A DNA stretch of 64,000 bases from Lobosporangium transversale (Eukaryota), in assembly GCF_002105155.1 (NCBI RefSeq), contig NW_019028979.1, positions 1,488,001-1,552,000 of the forward strand, read 5' to 3'. The notes under the pieces are model-generated. The model was not told the DNA's origin. It searched no databases and worked only from the letters and a program-made list of their open reading frames with translations. The first letter of the stretch is position 1, and every line of letters begins with the position of its first letter. The position numbers and the translations under genes were made by a program. Below, one piece after another: positions 1 through 12,319 of this stretch.

Positions 1-353
1 AGGTCTTTCAAAAAAAAAAAAAAAGATAAACGAGAACAGTCAGCATCCAATAGTTCTGTGCAAAAGAAGAAGCAAAGATCCACAGCCTCCTCAAGTAAGT
101 TGCAAAACTTTTTTTTAGTAAATTTTAATAAAATCGGTTGGTGGCGGAGCCTGCACGTGCCCATTTTAAATCAGGTACCGCCATTTTGGAACAGCTATGC
201 GCATGGGCGCATTTGCCCTTAAGCGAACGAACTCACAAAAAAAAAAAAAAAACAAAAAAGTCGAGTTGCATGGCATCTCATTTATTTTTCCTTTCTTCAC
301 TACTAACCGCTCCATTCTTTTTTTTTATTGTTGAATTGACTTGGCTTGTCCTC

Positions 354-842
354 ATGAACAAATTTTTTATGGTCCTGGTCGCTGGCCTTAGCCTCGTAAT
401 GATATATCCTTTAGAGAACAAATCTTGGATAGGGTCATTTGCTCCCATCCTCCTCGGCTTTCTTGCCGGTTTGCTCAATGCGGAGACACCCATGGCTAGC
501 AGTCTACAGGAACTTTTCGGACTCACATCTAGGCATCCCGATCGAGTTGGTTTGGATATCATTCACACAAATGGCGAAAATATTAAAGATCGCCAGGCTG
601 CTAAATCACAGCTGAATCAAAGGGTGATGTATGGACTGCAGCATGCGTTCTTAAATCTCGAGGTTACTGGGTGGTGGTTCAACATGGGTTACTGGAATAA
701 AGAGACGAGAACTTCAATGCGATTTCAAGATGCTTGCAAGGCTTTGGTTGAGAAACTAACTAGTCATTTAGACATTGGACGGGACAGTCATATCCTTGGT
801 AAGTAACGGTAAATTAAAATAAAATAAAATGATAATAGACGC

Positions 843-880
<38 letters not shown>

Positions 881-1669
881 GATCCAATTGTTTTAAATAA
901 TGCATTATTTCTTTTGCTAGATGTCGGATTCGGCTGTGGAGATCAGGATGTGTACATGGCTCAACTCTACCGACCAGCCAGAATCACTGGCATTACCATT
1001 GAGCCGATCCAGCACCATGCCGCCCAGGAATTGATAAGACGCACCCAAACTCCAGAAACAGACATTCAATTGCATGTCGCGGATGCCTCAAAGCTGCCTG
1101 CGTTTCTCCAAGCCAACCCAGATATATTTACTCGCTCTCAGCCCCAGTTCTCAAGCTCCTCAGAATCTTCGGACACCTCAGATATGCGTTATTTTACACA
1201 CGTGGTCTCTATTGACTCAGCGTATCATTATAATACACGCGTACAGTTTCTAAAGAATGCAGCAGCTGTATTAATGCCAGAAACAGGTCGTCTGGCCTTA
1301 GCAGATATGATCCTTGCGAGACCCGCTCCAACCTCAGGCTTTGGTCAGAAAATATTCAATGCTGTGTTTAGTGCTATCGAAGTCCCTGTAACTAATATGA
1401 AGACCATTGAGGCTTATAAACAGGATCTGGTAGATGCAGGGTTTGTGGATATTGAGATTGAATGTATTGAGGAGTTTGTGTTCTCAGGCCTGGCCTCTTA
1501 TATTGACAATCAGTTGGGTCGACTAGGAGGACTCGTTAAGCCAGGTGTCAACTGGACCTACTGGGGATTGTCCAAGGGGCTATGGTGGTTGGATCGATCC
1601 AAGTGGTTACATTTCGTCATAGTCAAAGCAAGGAATGGTCATAAACAAAACAAGGCTTTCAAGCATTAA
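354..1669 (+). CDS. Class I SAM-dependent methyltransferase with hydrophobic N-terminus (2 exons: 354-798, 921-1669)
   Basis: Intron 799-920 (GTAAGT...CTAG) splices HIL|D to give motif I ILDVGFGCG; later SIDSAYHY and GRLALADM motifs; upstream WFNMGYW motif; two hydrophobic stretches at the N-terminus. Start codon uncertain. Confidence 0.85.
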
Positions 1670-1701
1670 TTACTGTAGATATAAACTAAATATAATCCAA
1701 G

Positions 1702-2127
1702 CTATAGAACAAGCACAGAATGCCCAATCGATTCAAAAACTGTTTTGGCATCCAAGGCTTTGTCCTTCTTGACTAGAATATAGTCCGTGTCATAGGTGCT
1801 GACTACAAAAACCGAGATCTTGTTCTCTGCCAATGCTCCACTCAGATTAGCCATGATGCCCACGTAGCTAAAGTCCAATGGGCCTTGAACTTTGAAGCAG
1901 CGCCAATCAGGCGAGACCTTGTGTTCACAGTTAGGAATTAGTTGATCGCTGTTGATATCAGTCCAGTCATGAGAAATAACGAGAGAGATCTCATCAGGGG
2001 TCTTGGTGATGCTGTACCAGTCTTGATTGTCGACCAACGGTAAATACGCTGAAGCTGGAGTGGAGGGAGAGAAGCGATGGATTGTGTATGGCAGAGAGTC
2101 CAGTATTAAATCAAGTTTCATAGGCAT
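1702..2127 (-). CDS. Small stand-alone ACT-domain protein (ACT_7/CASTOR-like), intronless
   Basis: Motifs SITKTPDEISLV, WRCFKVQGPLDFSYVGIMA and ISVFVVSTYDTDYILVK are typical of ACT_7/CASTOR-type proteins; ATG at 2127 (MPMKL) or 2121. Confidence 0.85.
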   Translation of the reverse strand: MPMKLDLILDSLPYTIHRFSPSTPASAYLPLVDNQDWYSITKTPDEISLVISHDWTDINSDQLIPNCEHKVSPDWRCFKVQGPLDFSYVGIMANLSGALAENKISVFVVSTYDTDYILVKKDKALDAKTVFESIGHSVLVL

Positions 2128-2268
2128 TTTCTCGTGTTTATTCTTGTTGATGGTTGACAAAAAAAAGTGAATTGCGATGGAATGAAGAGGACAAACGAAT
2201 AAAATGGTGCGAGAAAGCGAAGGAAAGAGGGAAAAATTTCTAGTTTCGGCTTTAGTTTCTTTATATTT

Positions 2269-3101
2269 CTATGCGTTGGTTTCAACCTTGCGAAGATTGA
2301 CTTCAAGGTGCGGTTGCAGGGGCGTGTTCTCTGTGGCCATTGAAAACTGATACGAAAATGTCTTGTTGGCTGGATCAATCATCCATTTCCTTTTATTTGA
2401 TCAAGGAATAGGTCTGTTAATTTGTACAAGTCGGTATGCATTTATTTTTTTATTTTTTTATTTTTTTTTTCTCACGATACTCACCTAGTAAACTGGGTGA
2501 CATGAGGTGGCTAAAAAAAAAAAAAAAAAAAAAAACCCCCGATTTACAAGTTTGAGAATGGCGAGAAAGTCAAGATCATCTTTTGACATGCCTTCAGAAT
2601 ACGAGATTACCTTGGCACTTGGAGAGCGGACAATACCTGTCGTCGTCCAATCAATGGTTGATCCATTAATTGTTCCGACTTCTACGCTTGCTACGCCTTC
2701 ATAGTAATGATAACAAACAGATGAATGAGAAAGTCAATTGCTTTGTATCCTTGCAGCGTTATCAACTTGAACTTCAAAGTACACGTACCTGTAGGCTGGC
2801 TCAAAATGAGTTCACATTTCTCGGCAGACCAGCCAGGTAGTCGAATAAACCCGCTCTCCGCGTGTAAAGGAGGTCCAGGGACCGAAGATGAAGGGCCATT
2901 GTCTCCTTCCCCTTGAACAGCGCGTCGAGTCTTCTGTGTGTATGCCACAACAGGTCTACCAGCGGGATCCTTGACAAAAGTGATTTCTTCATAAAATTCA
3001 AATGTAGGAATTGTTGGATAATACCCAATACCTTTGCCAGCCCATGTTCCGATCAAGAACTCGAGGGGGTGAGGCTCCCTATTATTGTTTTGTGTGGTCA
3101 T
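2269..3101 (-). CDS. Nitrobindin / THAP4-like heme-binding beta-barrel protein (4 exons)
   Basis: PLEFLIGTWAGKGIGYYPTI, PLHAESGF, LSQPTG|VASVEVG, micro-exon PPHVTQFTR (about 2485-2510), last exon SMATENTPLQPHLEVNLRK* with the C-terminal heme His; all joins GT-AG and in frame. Confidence 0.9.
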
Positions 3102-4236
3102 ATTAGCAGAGGAAGAAAAGGAAGATGCAAAAGGGGTAAGAGTATGGACGTGCTTCAAATGGGACGGAAGGAATGAAAGTGTAGCTCGGAGATGAATGCC
3201 GAAGAAGATTCAAGGAATCTTTGTTTTAATTGTTGATGCCATGTTACACACTGTTTTTTTTTGCACAGTTCATGGGACCGTCAAGTCCTTAATTGCAGCA
3301 GTAAATTTCCTTCCTCAATGCTTTCAGGTGATCGGCGCTGTCTGCCTGCAATTAAAGGCGCATTAAAAATCATCCAAGAGTTACGTGTGCTACTTCATCA
3401 GCGAGGGGCACTTGCTATTTCGATCAAAGGCCTCTATTGTACTTCTTGAATTCTGTGGAGTTTGCAAGTCATAGGTGTTCAATCCCGAGCAAGAAAAGGG
3501 AGAAGAAGTCGGGAATGTGGGCTGGAGATATTAGAGCTGGTGCAACTGTTACCTTTAAGGACAAGAGTAGGACTATCTTCATAGCGAAAGGCGCCTCATC
3601 AATAGGGGCAGGATGTTGAGCGATAGGGATAGGTATCTCTTCCTGATAGGCTCTCCTACAGGTACTGGACCATGCAACACCTGTATTATTTGTACAATTG
3701 ACGAAAGTGCAGCATTACCTACAAGTCCAATGTCATCACTTGAGTTAGCAGCAAAATAGATATAGTAGTCTCGTGTTTTTTTGAGATTATTTAATCTTTG
3801 TCACCTAGGATGTTTCAACTTGTTTGCTTAAGGATAAGAGGCCCGTCTGTGTTATCATGGTGCCACTTACTCCGTCAGCGAGGACTTTTGCAAGGTCTGG
3901 ACAGAAAAGCAGTGATTCCTGGCAGTGGCTTTGAGGACGCGTGTGACTTACGTTCTCTTAGCCAATGTGTGCCCAATGCTTTGACGAGCCATTGTCTGCG
4001 TCTTGTTCTGGAGTCTCCTCATTCTTCATTCCCTTTCTCGCCATCGACGTAAAAAAAAGGAACAACCGACAGGTGATAGCAGAGTTGACGCGTATCTTAC
4101 ATCAGTACAGAGAACTAGAAACACGTCTTTCGACATACAAAAGCACAAAACGACATAAAAATTAGTGCAACGCGCGTTTGTGGGCCGCAGCTTTACACAT
4201 ACAACAACAGCCATCTCATCACCTCATTCCAGAATA

Positions 4237-6331
4237 ATGGAAACAGATAATACTGTTAGTAGCAACTCGAACAATATCATGGACAGTGATATGTATCCTG
4301 ACAGTCAGTCCACTGCAGGCACACCATCCTCATTGTCCAATGTTACCATGACTGCAGACAGTGGCGCTAGTGGCAATATTGCAACAGGAGAGAATGACAG
4401 TAATGGCAACTCGAAACGGAAGAGGTTCGTCAAAGTCGTTGAAGTGGATGCACCAAACAATATGGACTTGGACGCCTATATTGCCAATTATAAAGGTAAT
4501 TTTCACCAATACCCAACTTTTTTGGCCCTTTTTAGTTTTCACTCACAACATACGATGCTGAGCAGCCTTGATTTTTTATTTTTATTTTATTTGATCCTCG
4601 AAAGGCCATACTAAGGTGAATCGCCTTGAATTCATCGCTGATCGTTGCCCTTCTCTACAAATTGATGCCCTGAAGCTGGCGATTACAGAGCTACGTAATA
4701 CATCCACTCTCAACGTTTCTCGTTATATTAATCTGGTCAAAAAACTGAACGAGGCGGTCAAGTCTGGGGCTCCTGGCAGCAATAATGTCAGTCCTGAGCT
4801 TTTGAATGTTGACAAGGCCTGGGCAGATAGCCAGTTGCAAAAGGCTAAACAACAGGCAGACTTGCTAGAGGGTGAACTTAAAAATTATAAGCGCAATTCT
4901 ATCAAGGAGAGTATTCGAGTAAGTCCAAGACTAAGTTTTTTTGCATGAAGCAACCTATTTTCCCTATGGTAGCTTGACTACCCTTCACAGGACCCCGATA
5001 TGCTAAAACGAACACAATCTATGACTAATTAGATGGGAAACATTGAACTCGGTAACCATTATTACGACTGTGGAGACTTGGCGAGTGCACATCGATGCTA
5101 TTCTCGGACTCGTGACTATTGCACTACCTCCAAGCACATCATCGAGCTGTGCATGAATGTTATCAAGGTAAGTCATCACGGGTTATCTATAAAGCTCTAA
5201 TGCTCCTTAGGCATCTGTTTGCTGACCATTACTTCCTCTTGCTTCGTTCAATTACAATAAAATAAAGGTCAGTATTGAGCTCGGCAACTTCCCACATGTG
5301 TCTACTTATGTTGTCAAGGCAGAGACGACGCCTGAGATAGCGCAAGATAAGGACTTAATCAAGGCCAAGCTGAAGGCAGCTTTGGGCCTTGCTAATCTAG
5401 ACCAAAGCAAATACAGCTCTGCCGCGCGAGATTTCCTTTCCATTGGAGAGGAACTTGTAGGTCATCAATATGGGGATGTTATCTCCGCAAATGATATTGC
5501 CATTTATGGAGGGCTCTGTGCATTAGCCAGCTTCAGTAGAGCCGAGCTAAAGCGATTAGTGATTGATAATGTTGGGTTCCGGCAATACCTTGAGCTGGAG
5601 CCTCATATTCGTGATTTGATCCAAGGTTTTTATAACTCCAACTATGCGGTTTGTCTGGATATCATGGAGAAATGGAGGGTATGCACTAAGATGACAATAG
5701 AACAAGAAATCCTCTTTTTTTTTATAAAAAGAAAGTTAACGAGTTATCATTGTACTTCTGCTCTTTCTCATAGAATGACTACTTACTGGACATCCACTTG
5801 CATTCTCATGTTGAGGCGCTGTATACTAATATCCGTAAAAAGGCATTAGTTCAGTTCACAAGTCCGTTTTTGACGGTTGACCTAACAAAGATGGCCAAGA
5901 GCTTCTCAACCACAGTTCCTGCTTTGGAGAAGGAGTTGGTATCGCTAATCATTGGTGGACAGATCGAAGCAAGAATTGATTCACAGCAAAAAATCTTGTG
6001 GGCTAAGCAAACGAACAAACGCTCTGCTATCTTTGAACGCACTGCGGTTATGGGTCAAGATTATGAACGTGAAGCAAAGGGGCTCGTACTGCGCATCCAA
6101 ATGATCAACAATGGACTGATTGTAAAAAGCCCTGCCTCAGAAAAAGGCCCCGCAGGTGCTGGTGCAGGACCCGGTGGAAATGATGACTACGACCTAGGTC
6201 CTGGAGGACCAGTTTTTCCCCACATGCGCCATGGTGGACGTCCCGGCCGTGATGCCCCCATGTTTGCAGACGCCAGATCTAATGTATCAAGTTTCTTGAG
6301 CAACTTTTCTCGGGACCGTCATCGTGCTTAA
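4237..6331 (+). CDS. CSN1: COP9 signalosome subunit 1 (PCI domain), multi-exon
   Basis: [85 protein letters not shown] match CSN1/GPS1. Confidence 0.93.
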
Positions 6332-6688
6332 TGCATAAATTGGCGAATATTTTTCTTCGTGATCCCATATTGATAGAAAGGTCGACACCGAAATAAAAAA
6401 AGAGAATGTTTGCATGAAAAATCATCTTCTGTGACACTGAAAAAATTAATGGCAGTGATGATTAGGTGAATTCTTGGATTGATAACCCTGAGATTATAAA
6501 TCATGCGATTACAATTACAGGGATATGTATTAACCACTGTAGCTAGTCAATGCAGTTTTTTAATACAATCTCATTTTCATTCTTATTCTCATTCCCATTC
6601 TCTTTTCCTTCTTTAATCATCAATTTTATTCATTCTTCTTTCTCATTCTAGTGTGTTGTCGCATTCTTCCTACCAATAAATTCAAAAT

Positions 6689-7401
6689 ATGGAGGGCCTT
6701 TCGACAAAACCAAAACCAGTCTCTATGGTGACAGGTTTCTCTCGTTCACGTCGCATTCGAGGGCTTGTCTTACTGTTAGTTTTGCTGTGCGGCATATACT
6801 ATCTATTCTTCGGCACGACCAAACGCTTGGGCAGCGGAGGAGGCTATGTACAAAACCGTGTTGATCTGAATGGGGAGGGTGAACCTTTGGATATTACACA
6901 GGACATATCCAGCAACCATCGGTCAGGTACTGATACGTTTGGAATGGATGTAATACAATCAATCTTGATTCAAAGTGTTGGGCGATCAGAAAAAAAATAA
7001 CCATCAAACTATTACCTGTTTAAACAACCGATGGTTAGGAACATCACAAGTATCATTACTTGAGAAGCGAATTCAAGGACTTATTGATAGCAACCGTATC
7101 ATGGTGTTTTCAAAGTCATATTGCCCGTAGGGATCGTTTTAGAGTCTCAATTGCAATGTAAAAAAAACGGCTATTGACTACAAAACAAAACAATAATGGC
7201 CATCTCCACCTTTCAATTCATGATATAAATGTATATATTGTAGATACTCGATGGCTGCCAAAAAACTCCTCCGCAGCTACACAAATGACATTCAGGTCCT
7301 TGAAGTAGACTTGGAGGGTGAGTTAATGAACTTAAAAACGCATCTATTGCACAAAGTATATTTCAACATATGCTTATTCCCCTTCTTTTTTTTTTTTTCT
7401 T

Positions 7402-7440
<39 letters not shown>

Positions 7441-7622
7441 TTACAGAGAAGAGTACAGAGATCAAAGCTGTATTGACAAAGCTAGCAAAAGGACATTCTA
7501 CATTCCCATCCATCTTTATCAATGGTGAGCCAATTGGAGGAAATGACAACTTGCAAGCCCTGGAGGACAAGGATCAGCTGCAATCTAGGCTGCAGAAACT
7601 GGGAGTACCAATGCTCCAGTAA
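6689..7622 (+). CDS. Monothiol (CPYS) glutaredoxin with N-terminal membrane anchor, Grx6/Grx7-like (4 exons)
   Basis: TM segment GLVLLLVLLCGIYYLFF; spliced active site VFSKSYCP|YS; TFPSIFINGEPIGG signature. Confidence 0.88.
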
Positions 7623-8096
7623 TTGGATCTAGGACTTGGTTTCAATTTCAAGCTTTACAACGTTTTTGCGCTGCAGTGCTTGTTGGCCTTACATCGCGTC
7701 TAAATGTCGGAAGGTTTATCTGCAAAAGCATAGGATGAACGAGAACCAAATAAAGCTAATTTATCAAGAATTGGAGAGATGTAATAAACAATCATAATGA
7801 TGATCAATGACCCTTGAACTCTAAACCGGAGAAATTCAAAATTCCAAAATTAGTGACTGTTATTGCAGATTGATGCGCTCGGATGCACCATGACTCGGCA
7901 GATCGAATCGGATATAAAAAAAAGCCTTTCCCCTGGGAGATCCCATCCTCTTCACTTTATGCTTTATGCTACATACTCTGCTTCCTGCCACATTCTCTCC
8001 TCCTTTGTATTTCACTACATCCAACATACGCGCTATTCTCTTTCCCCCTTCTTTTTTTTTATAGTTTCTATAGTCACCTCATCACCATCATCCATC

Positions 8097-9557
8097 ATGC
8101 TCAAATCATTGGCTCGTCTCTCCACCACTGTTGCAACTACTCAGGCACCAGTAACAGCCATCTCGACTGCCTCGTCTGCCTCGGCCTCAGTGCTTGCTCG
8201 ATCCATTCATGCATCCAGTCAGGACTGCAATAAACAATCTAAGACATATTCCACCGCTGATGTACCTTCTGTGACAGGAGTACCACATCTTCTGACTGAC
8301 AATGATCTGTCACCACAACAGTTGACGAATATCATTCAGAGCGCTTGTAAATTTAAGCATGAAGCCAAAGTACTAGGAAAAGCTAGTGGCGCTCCTTTGG
8401 CAGGAAAGACCATGGCGCTAATGTTTTCGAAGCGCTCAACTCGTACTCGTGTTGCTACCGAGACTGCCGTTACGTATTTAGGTGTGTGATTAAGGAAAAA
8501 AAAAAAAAAAAAAAAAAAAAAAAGGTATCAAACCAGTAGAAAACACCTTGACTAATCCCTTTACAATTGTTTAGGTGGACACGCCATGTTTTTAGGTGCA
8601 CAGGATATTCAATTGGGCGTGAATGAGTCGCTTCTTGACACGAGTAAAGTCGTGTCAAGCATGGTGGACGGCATCATGGCTCGTGTAGGGGCACATTCAG
8701 AGATTGAGGTAAGCTTTCAACCAGATGTTGAGAGCTATTAGCTTATAGTCGAAGGATGGTATTATGAAAATTGCGATGGCCCATTCAAACGTCTCTTTTA
8801 TTTTTCTACCTCTTACAGACTCTTGCTAAATACTCAACAGTACCAATTATCAATGCCCTTTCAGATCTCTATCATCCAACTCAGATCCTTGCAGATCTGA
8901 TGACTCTGCATGAATTGTACACACCCAAGGGTTCTGAACCTCATACGATCTCACCTGCGACCACCCTCAAAAACTTGAAACTGGCATGGGTGGGAGATGG
9001 CAACAACATTTTGCATTCACTGATGTTACAGCTCCCTAAGGTTGGAATGCACATCTCTATGGCGACACCAAAAGGATATGAACCTAATGCTGATATTCTG
9101 AAACAAGCATTGAATAATGCAAAACTTGCAGGAACAGATGTGGAAGTGTACAACGACCCTAAAGAGGCAATAAAGGGAGCCGATATTGTTGTTACAGACA
9201 CTTGGTAAAGCTTTTCTTTCACTCATTCACTTTTCCTTCTTTATAAAATCTTACGCTGCCATTTAACTGACGATACTTCGATTGTCTCCCAATATTTATA
9301 GGATCAGCATGGGTCAAGAAGAAGAAAAGAAACAACGCATTCAGGCATTTGCAGGCTATCAATTGACAACCGAGCTGATCGAGTCAAGTGGAGCAAAGCC
9401 AGACTGGAAGTTTTTGCACTGTCTTCCACGCAAGCAGGAGGAAGTCACAGACGATGTGTTCTACTCCCCTCGCTCTCATGTCTTCCAAGAAGCCGAAAAC
9501 CGCAAGTGGACAATCTTGGCCTGCATCAACCAACTCTTAGTGCACAAGGGCTTCTAA
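8097..9557 (+). CDS. ARG3: Ornithine carbamoyltransferase with probable mitochondrial presequence (4 exons)
   Basis: [52 protein letters not shown] motifs; Ser/Thr/Arg-rich, acid-free N-terminus ([13 protein letters not shown]). Confidence 0.96.
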
Positions 9558-9905
9558 AACATAATTCAAACACCGAAAGGCCCCAGTAGTTTTATCCAAT
9601 AAACTAGTAACCTACTGCATAGATCTGCAAAGATTTTCAGACTCCCTCTCAAACAGAGATGAATATTGCTGTTGACATGTTGACAGTGAGCAAATTCCGT
9701 TTTTCACGAATCAAATATGTGTACTAAAATCGTGACCCTTGGCAACGTGAATCTTTAGCGCTTGCTGCGATACAAATTGCGTCGTTGTGCATGAGGGAGA
9801 GCAGACTTTAAAGAATATAAAGTGTCCTCCCCCACACTCTGATTCCAACATATTCGTTTCATTCATTCCTTACACTTTTTTTTCTTACACACACAGGTTT
9901 CATTC

Positions 9906-11870
9906 ATGAATGACCAAGGCTCGACCCACCACTCGAATGAAGGAAATGATAGTGTTGTAACTGTTAAGACCTCTCACCGTAATGCTCCCTTGTCTCTGAC
10001 TGATATGCCTGCAGAGGTGATCATGCAGCTTACTATACACCTAAGCACTCGAGACTTTGCCAGCTTCATCCAAACCAACCGGGTCATCTACAGTATCACT
10101 GACTCCCATTATGTCTGGCACCAGCGATTTATCAAAAGATTTGGCCAAGGCCTTCTTGAGGATTATCTGAAAAGTCATAGTCGAGCGGCCAAGGGCAAGG
10201 ACGTGTCACGACAAGCGAGCAACTCTTCCTCCAGAACTTCAACAAGGCCATCAACACCAGAGCAGTCTACTCGTGTTGGTAATAGCGACTTGCCGGGGAC
10301 AGTTTATTATGACCACCTTTATCATAATCATCAGGATCCTGCAGGACGAGAAAGTGAAAGTGGAAGCACGGATGGCGGTGATGATGACGATGACGATGGT
10401 GATGATGGTAATGAAGATAGCAATAGTAGAGGTGATCAAGATGGTGACGATGATGTCGATAAGAATGCCAAGGAATTGCCCAGCGAATGTAGAAAAGTGG
10501 ATCTCCGCAAAACAAACGAACTCAGCAAGAGGCAACTTATTGAACTATACAAGTACTATTGTAAGTGTTACAATGCTCGTCATGCTCAAGATTGTTTCCC
10601 CAGATTCGGGTCAGGTGTACTTGATGTAGACCGGGTACTTCTCATGCATGAATAACCCCTGGTCTCACAAATTTTTATTTTTTATTTTTGCTAGCTCGTG
10701 TTGTTCTTCCCGCTGAAGACTTGTACATTTGTCATTTAGGCGACCAATACTGGAAGATAGTAGAGAGTAGCAGCAGCGAGTTTGGAAAATTGGCACAGCT
10801 CTCTTCAGTTTGGTGGATGGATGTTCAAGGTGTGTTCTATGGTGTTCCCCCTGGAAGATACAAGGTCCAGTGGCGAGTCAAAGTTACCAGTGATGCACCG
10901 ATAATCAATTCAGAGTTTCGAGCAGCACTATTCAACAGATTTGAGGTATGTATATATATATATTCAATTGAATAGATTATAAGATAAGGTTTTGTCAATC
11001 TCTTGTTCCCGTCTATGCTTAGACTAAAATTGCATAAATACCGAGAAATATACACTGAGCATTAACTTTTTTTTTTTCCCTCAATATAATAGGATAAGAC
11101 TGCAGTTGACGATCGGCTAGAAACCATCTGTTTTAAGCCTCGCAATATACAAGAGTTTATGGATCAGACTGATTCTCAAATTTCTAAAAAAGCTCACAAG
11201 AGGCCATTTAGAAGGCTGTTTAAAGAGAGGTTTACAATCCTTGAATTACCTGGAGATCTGGTTATTGAGGGTGATTTTCAAAACGTATTTTTGCAGATCC
11301 GTAACTTTGAAGGGTAAAGATTATAGGCAAATATCTTTTATTATTATGGGAATCACAGCATATTCCACTATTTACTAGATATTTACTTCTGATTGTTTAT
11401 TCGTTGTTAGATGGAAATCAGGGCTATTCATTGACTATGTCCGACTTGTAGACATGAATGATCCCAAATGGAATAAAAAGTTATTATCTGCACGCTCAGG
11501 AAATTCTTCTACAGAAGGATCTGAGGAGGAGGTCAATGACGATGGAGAGGAGTATTATCCAAGTTCTTCGTCTTCAAGCATCCTTCATCAGTTTCAAAAC
11601 GGACTTGGGATCGTTCCGGATGTGAGGCTCAATCCACTGACGTACCGTCCCATAACAATTTCGCGCACAACCTCAACTCAACCGACAACAGCGAGTTCCT
11701 CTTCTACAACTGGGAATCAGTCTGATGATGAAGCAGACGTTAGATTGCGTGGATGGTATAGACTTTATGCTGTCCTTATCCTGTATTGCCTCTATTTTGT
11801 GGACGCAATAGGCATTCCGTCTAATCTCTGCCACATTTTGTGTGTTGTTTTTACATTCTTACTCTTTTAG
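9906..11870 (+). CDS. F-box protein with PP2 (phloem protein 2)-like lectin domain and hydrophobic C-terminus (4 exons)
   Basis: F-box SLTDMPAEVIMQLTIHLSTRDF...W; later QYW, LAQLSSVWWMDVQG, PGRYKVQWRVK and spliced EG|WKSGLFIDYVRL resemble PP2-family motifs. Confidence 0.7.
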
Positions 11871-12319
11871 CACATGAGCTCTCTTAAGACAAGTGAACAC
11901 TTTCTCGAACGCTTTTTGTAACCGAAGACAAATAGTAATATCATTCGCATGCTTCTCGGACTTCTTTATCTTCCCATTTCTTCACATTTATTGCTGTTAT
12001 AGCTTGTATATCAATTTAATAAAATATGTACTGTTGATAAAAGTCGTTTTCGAAATCATCCAGGAAGCGAAGCTCTTGAGGGCTTGGCCCAGCTATCGGC
12101 ACTAGCCTTCATAAGATTGTTTGCATGTTGATGTCAACCTGATAGCAATCAAGAAGTTGGCGGGAACTTGATATACAAATATACTTGTAGCTCTATTGTT
12201 TGTTGTGCAAACAGTTGTAAGGACAGTCACCTTTTTTTTTTTTTTTTTTTTTAATTTTTTTATTTGACCAAAGAGTCCTTCCTATTCTATATTCTCTTTC
12301 ATTCATTTCACAAATTACC

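Noticed and set aside
3261..4165. Homopolymer-poor stretch with short ORFs between nitrobindin and CSN1, possible pseudogene or transposon relic
   Set aside because: No recognisable protein motif, terminal repeat or consistent exon chain was found.
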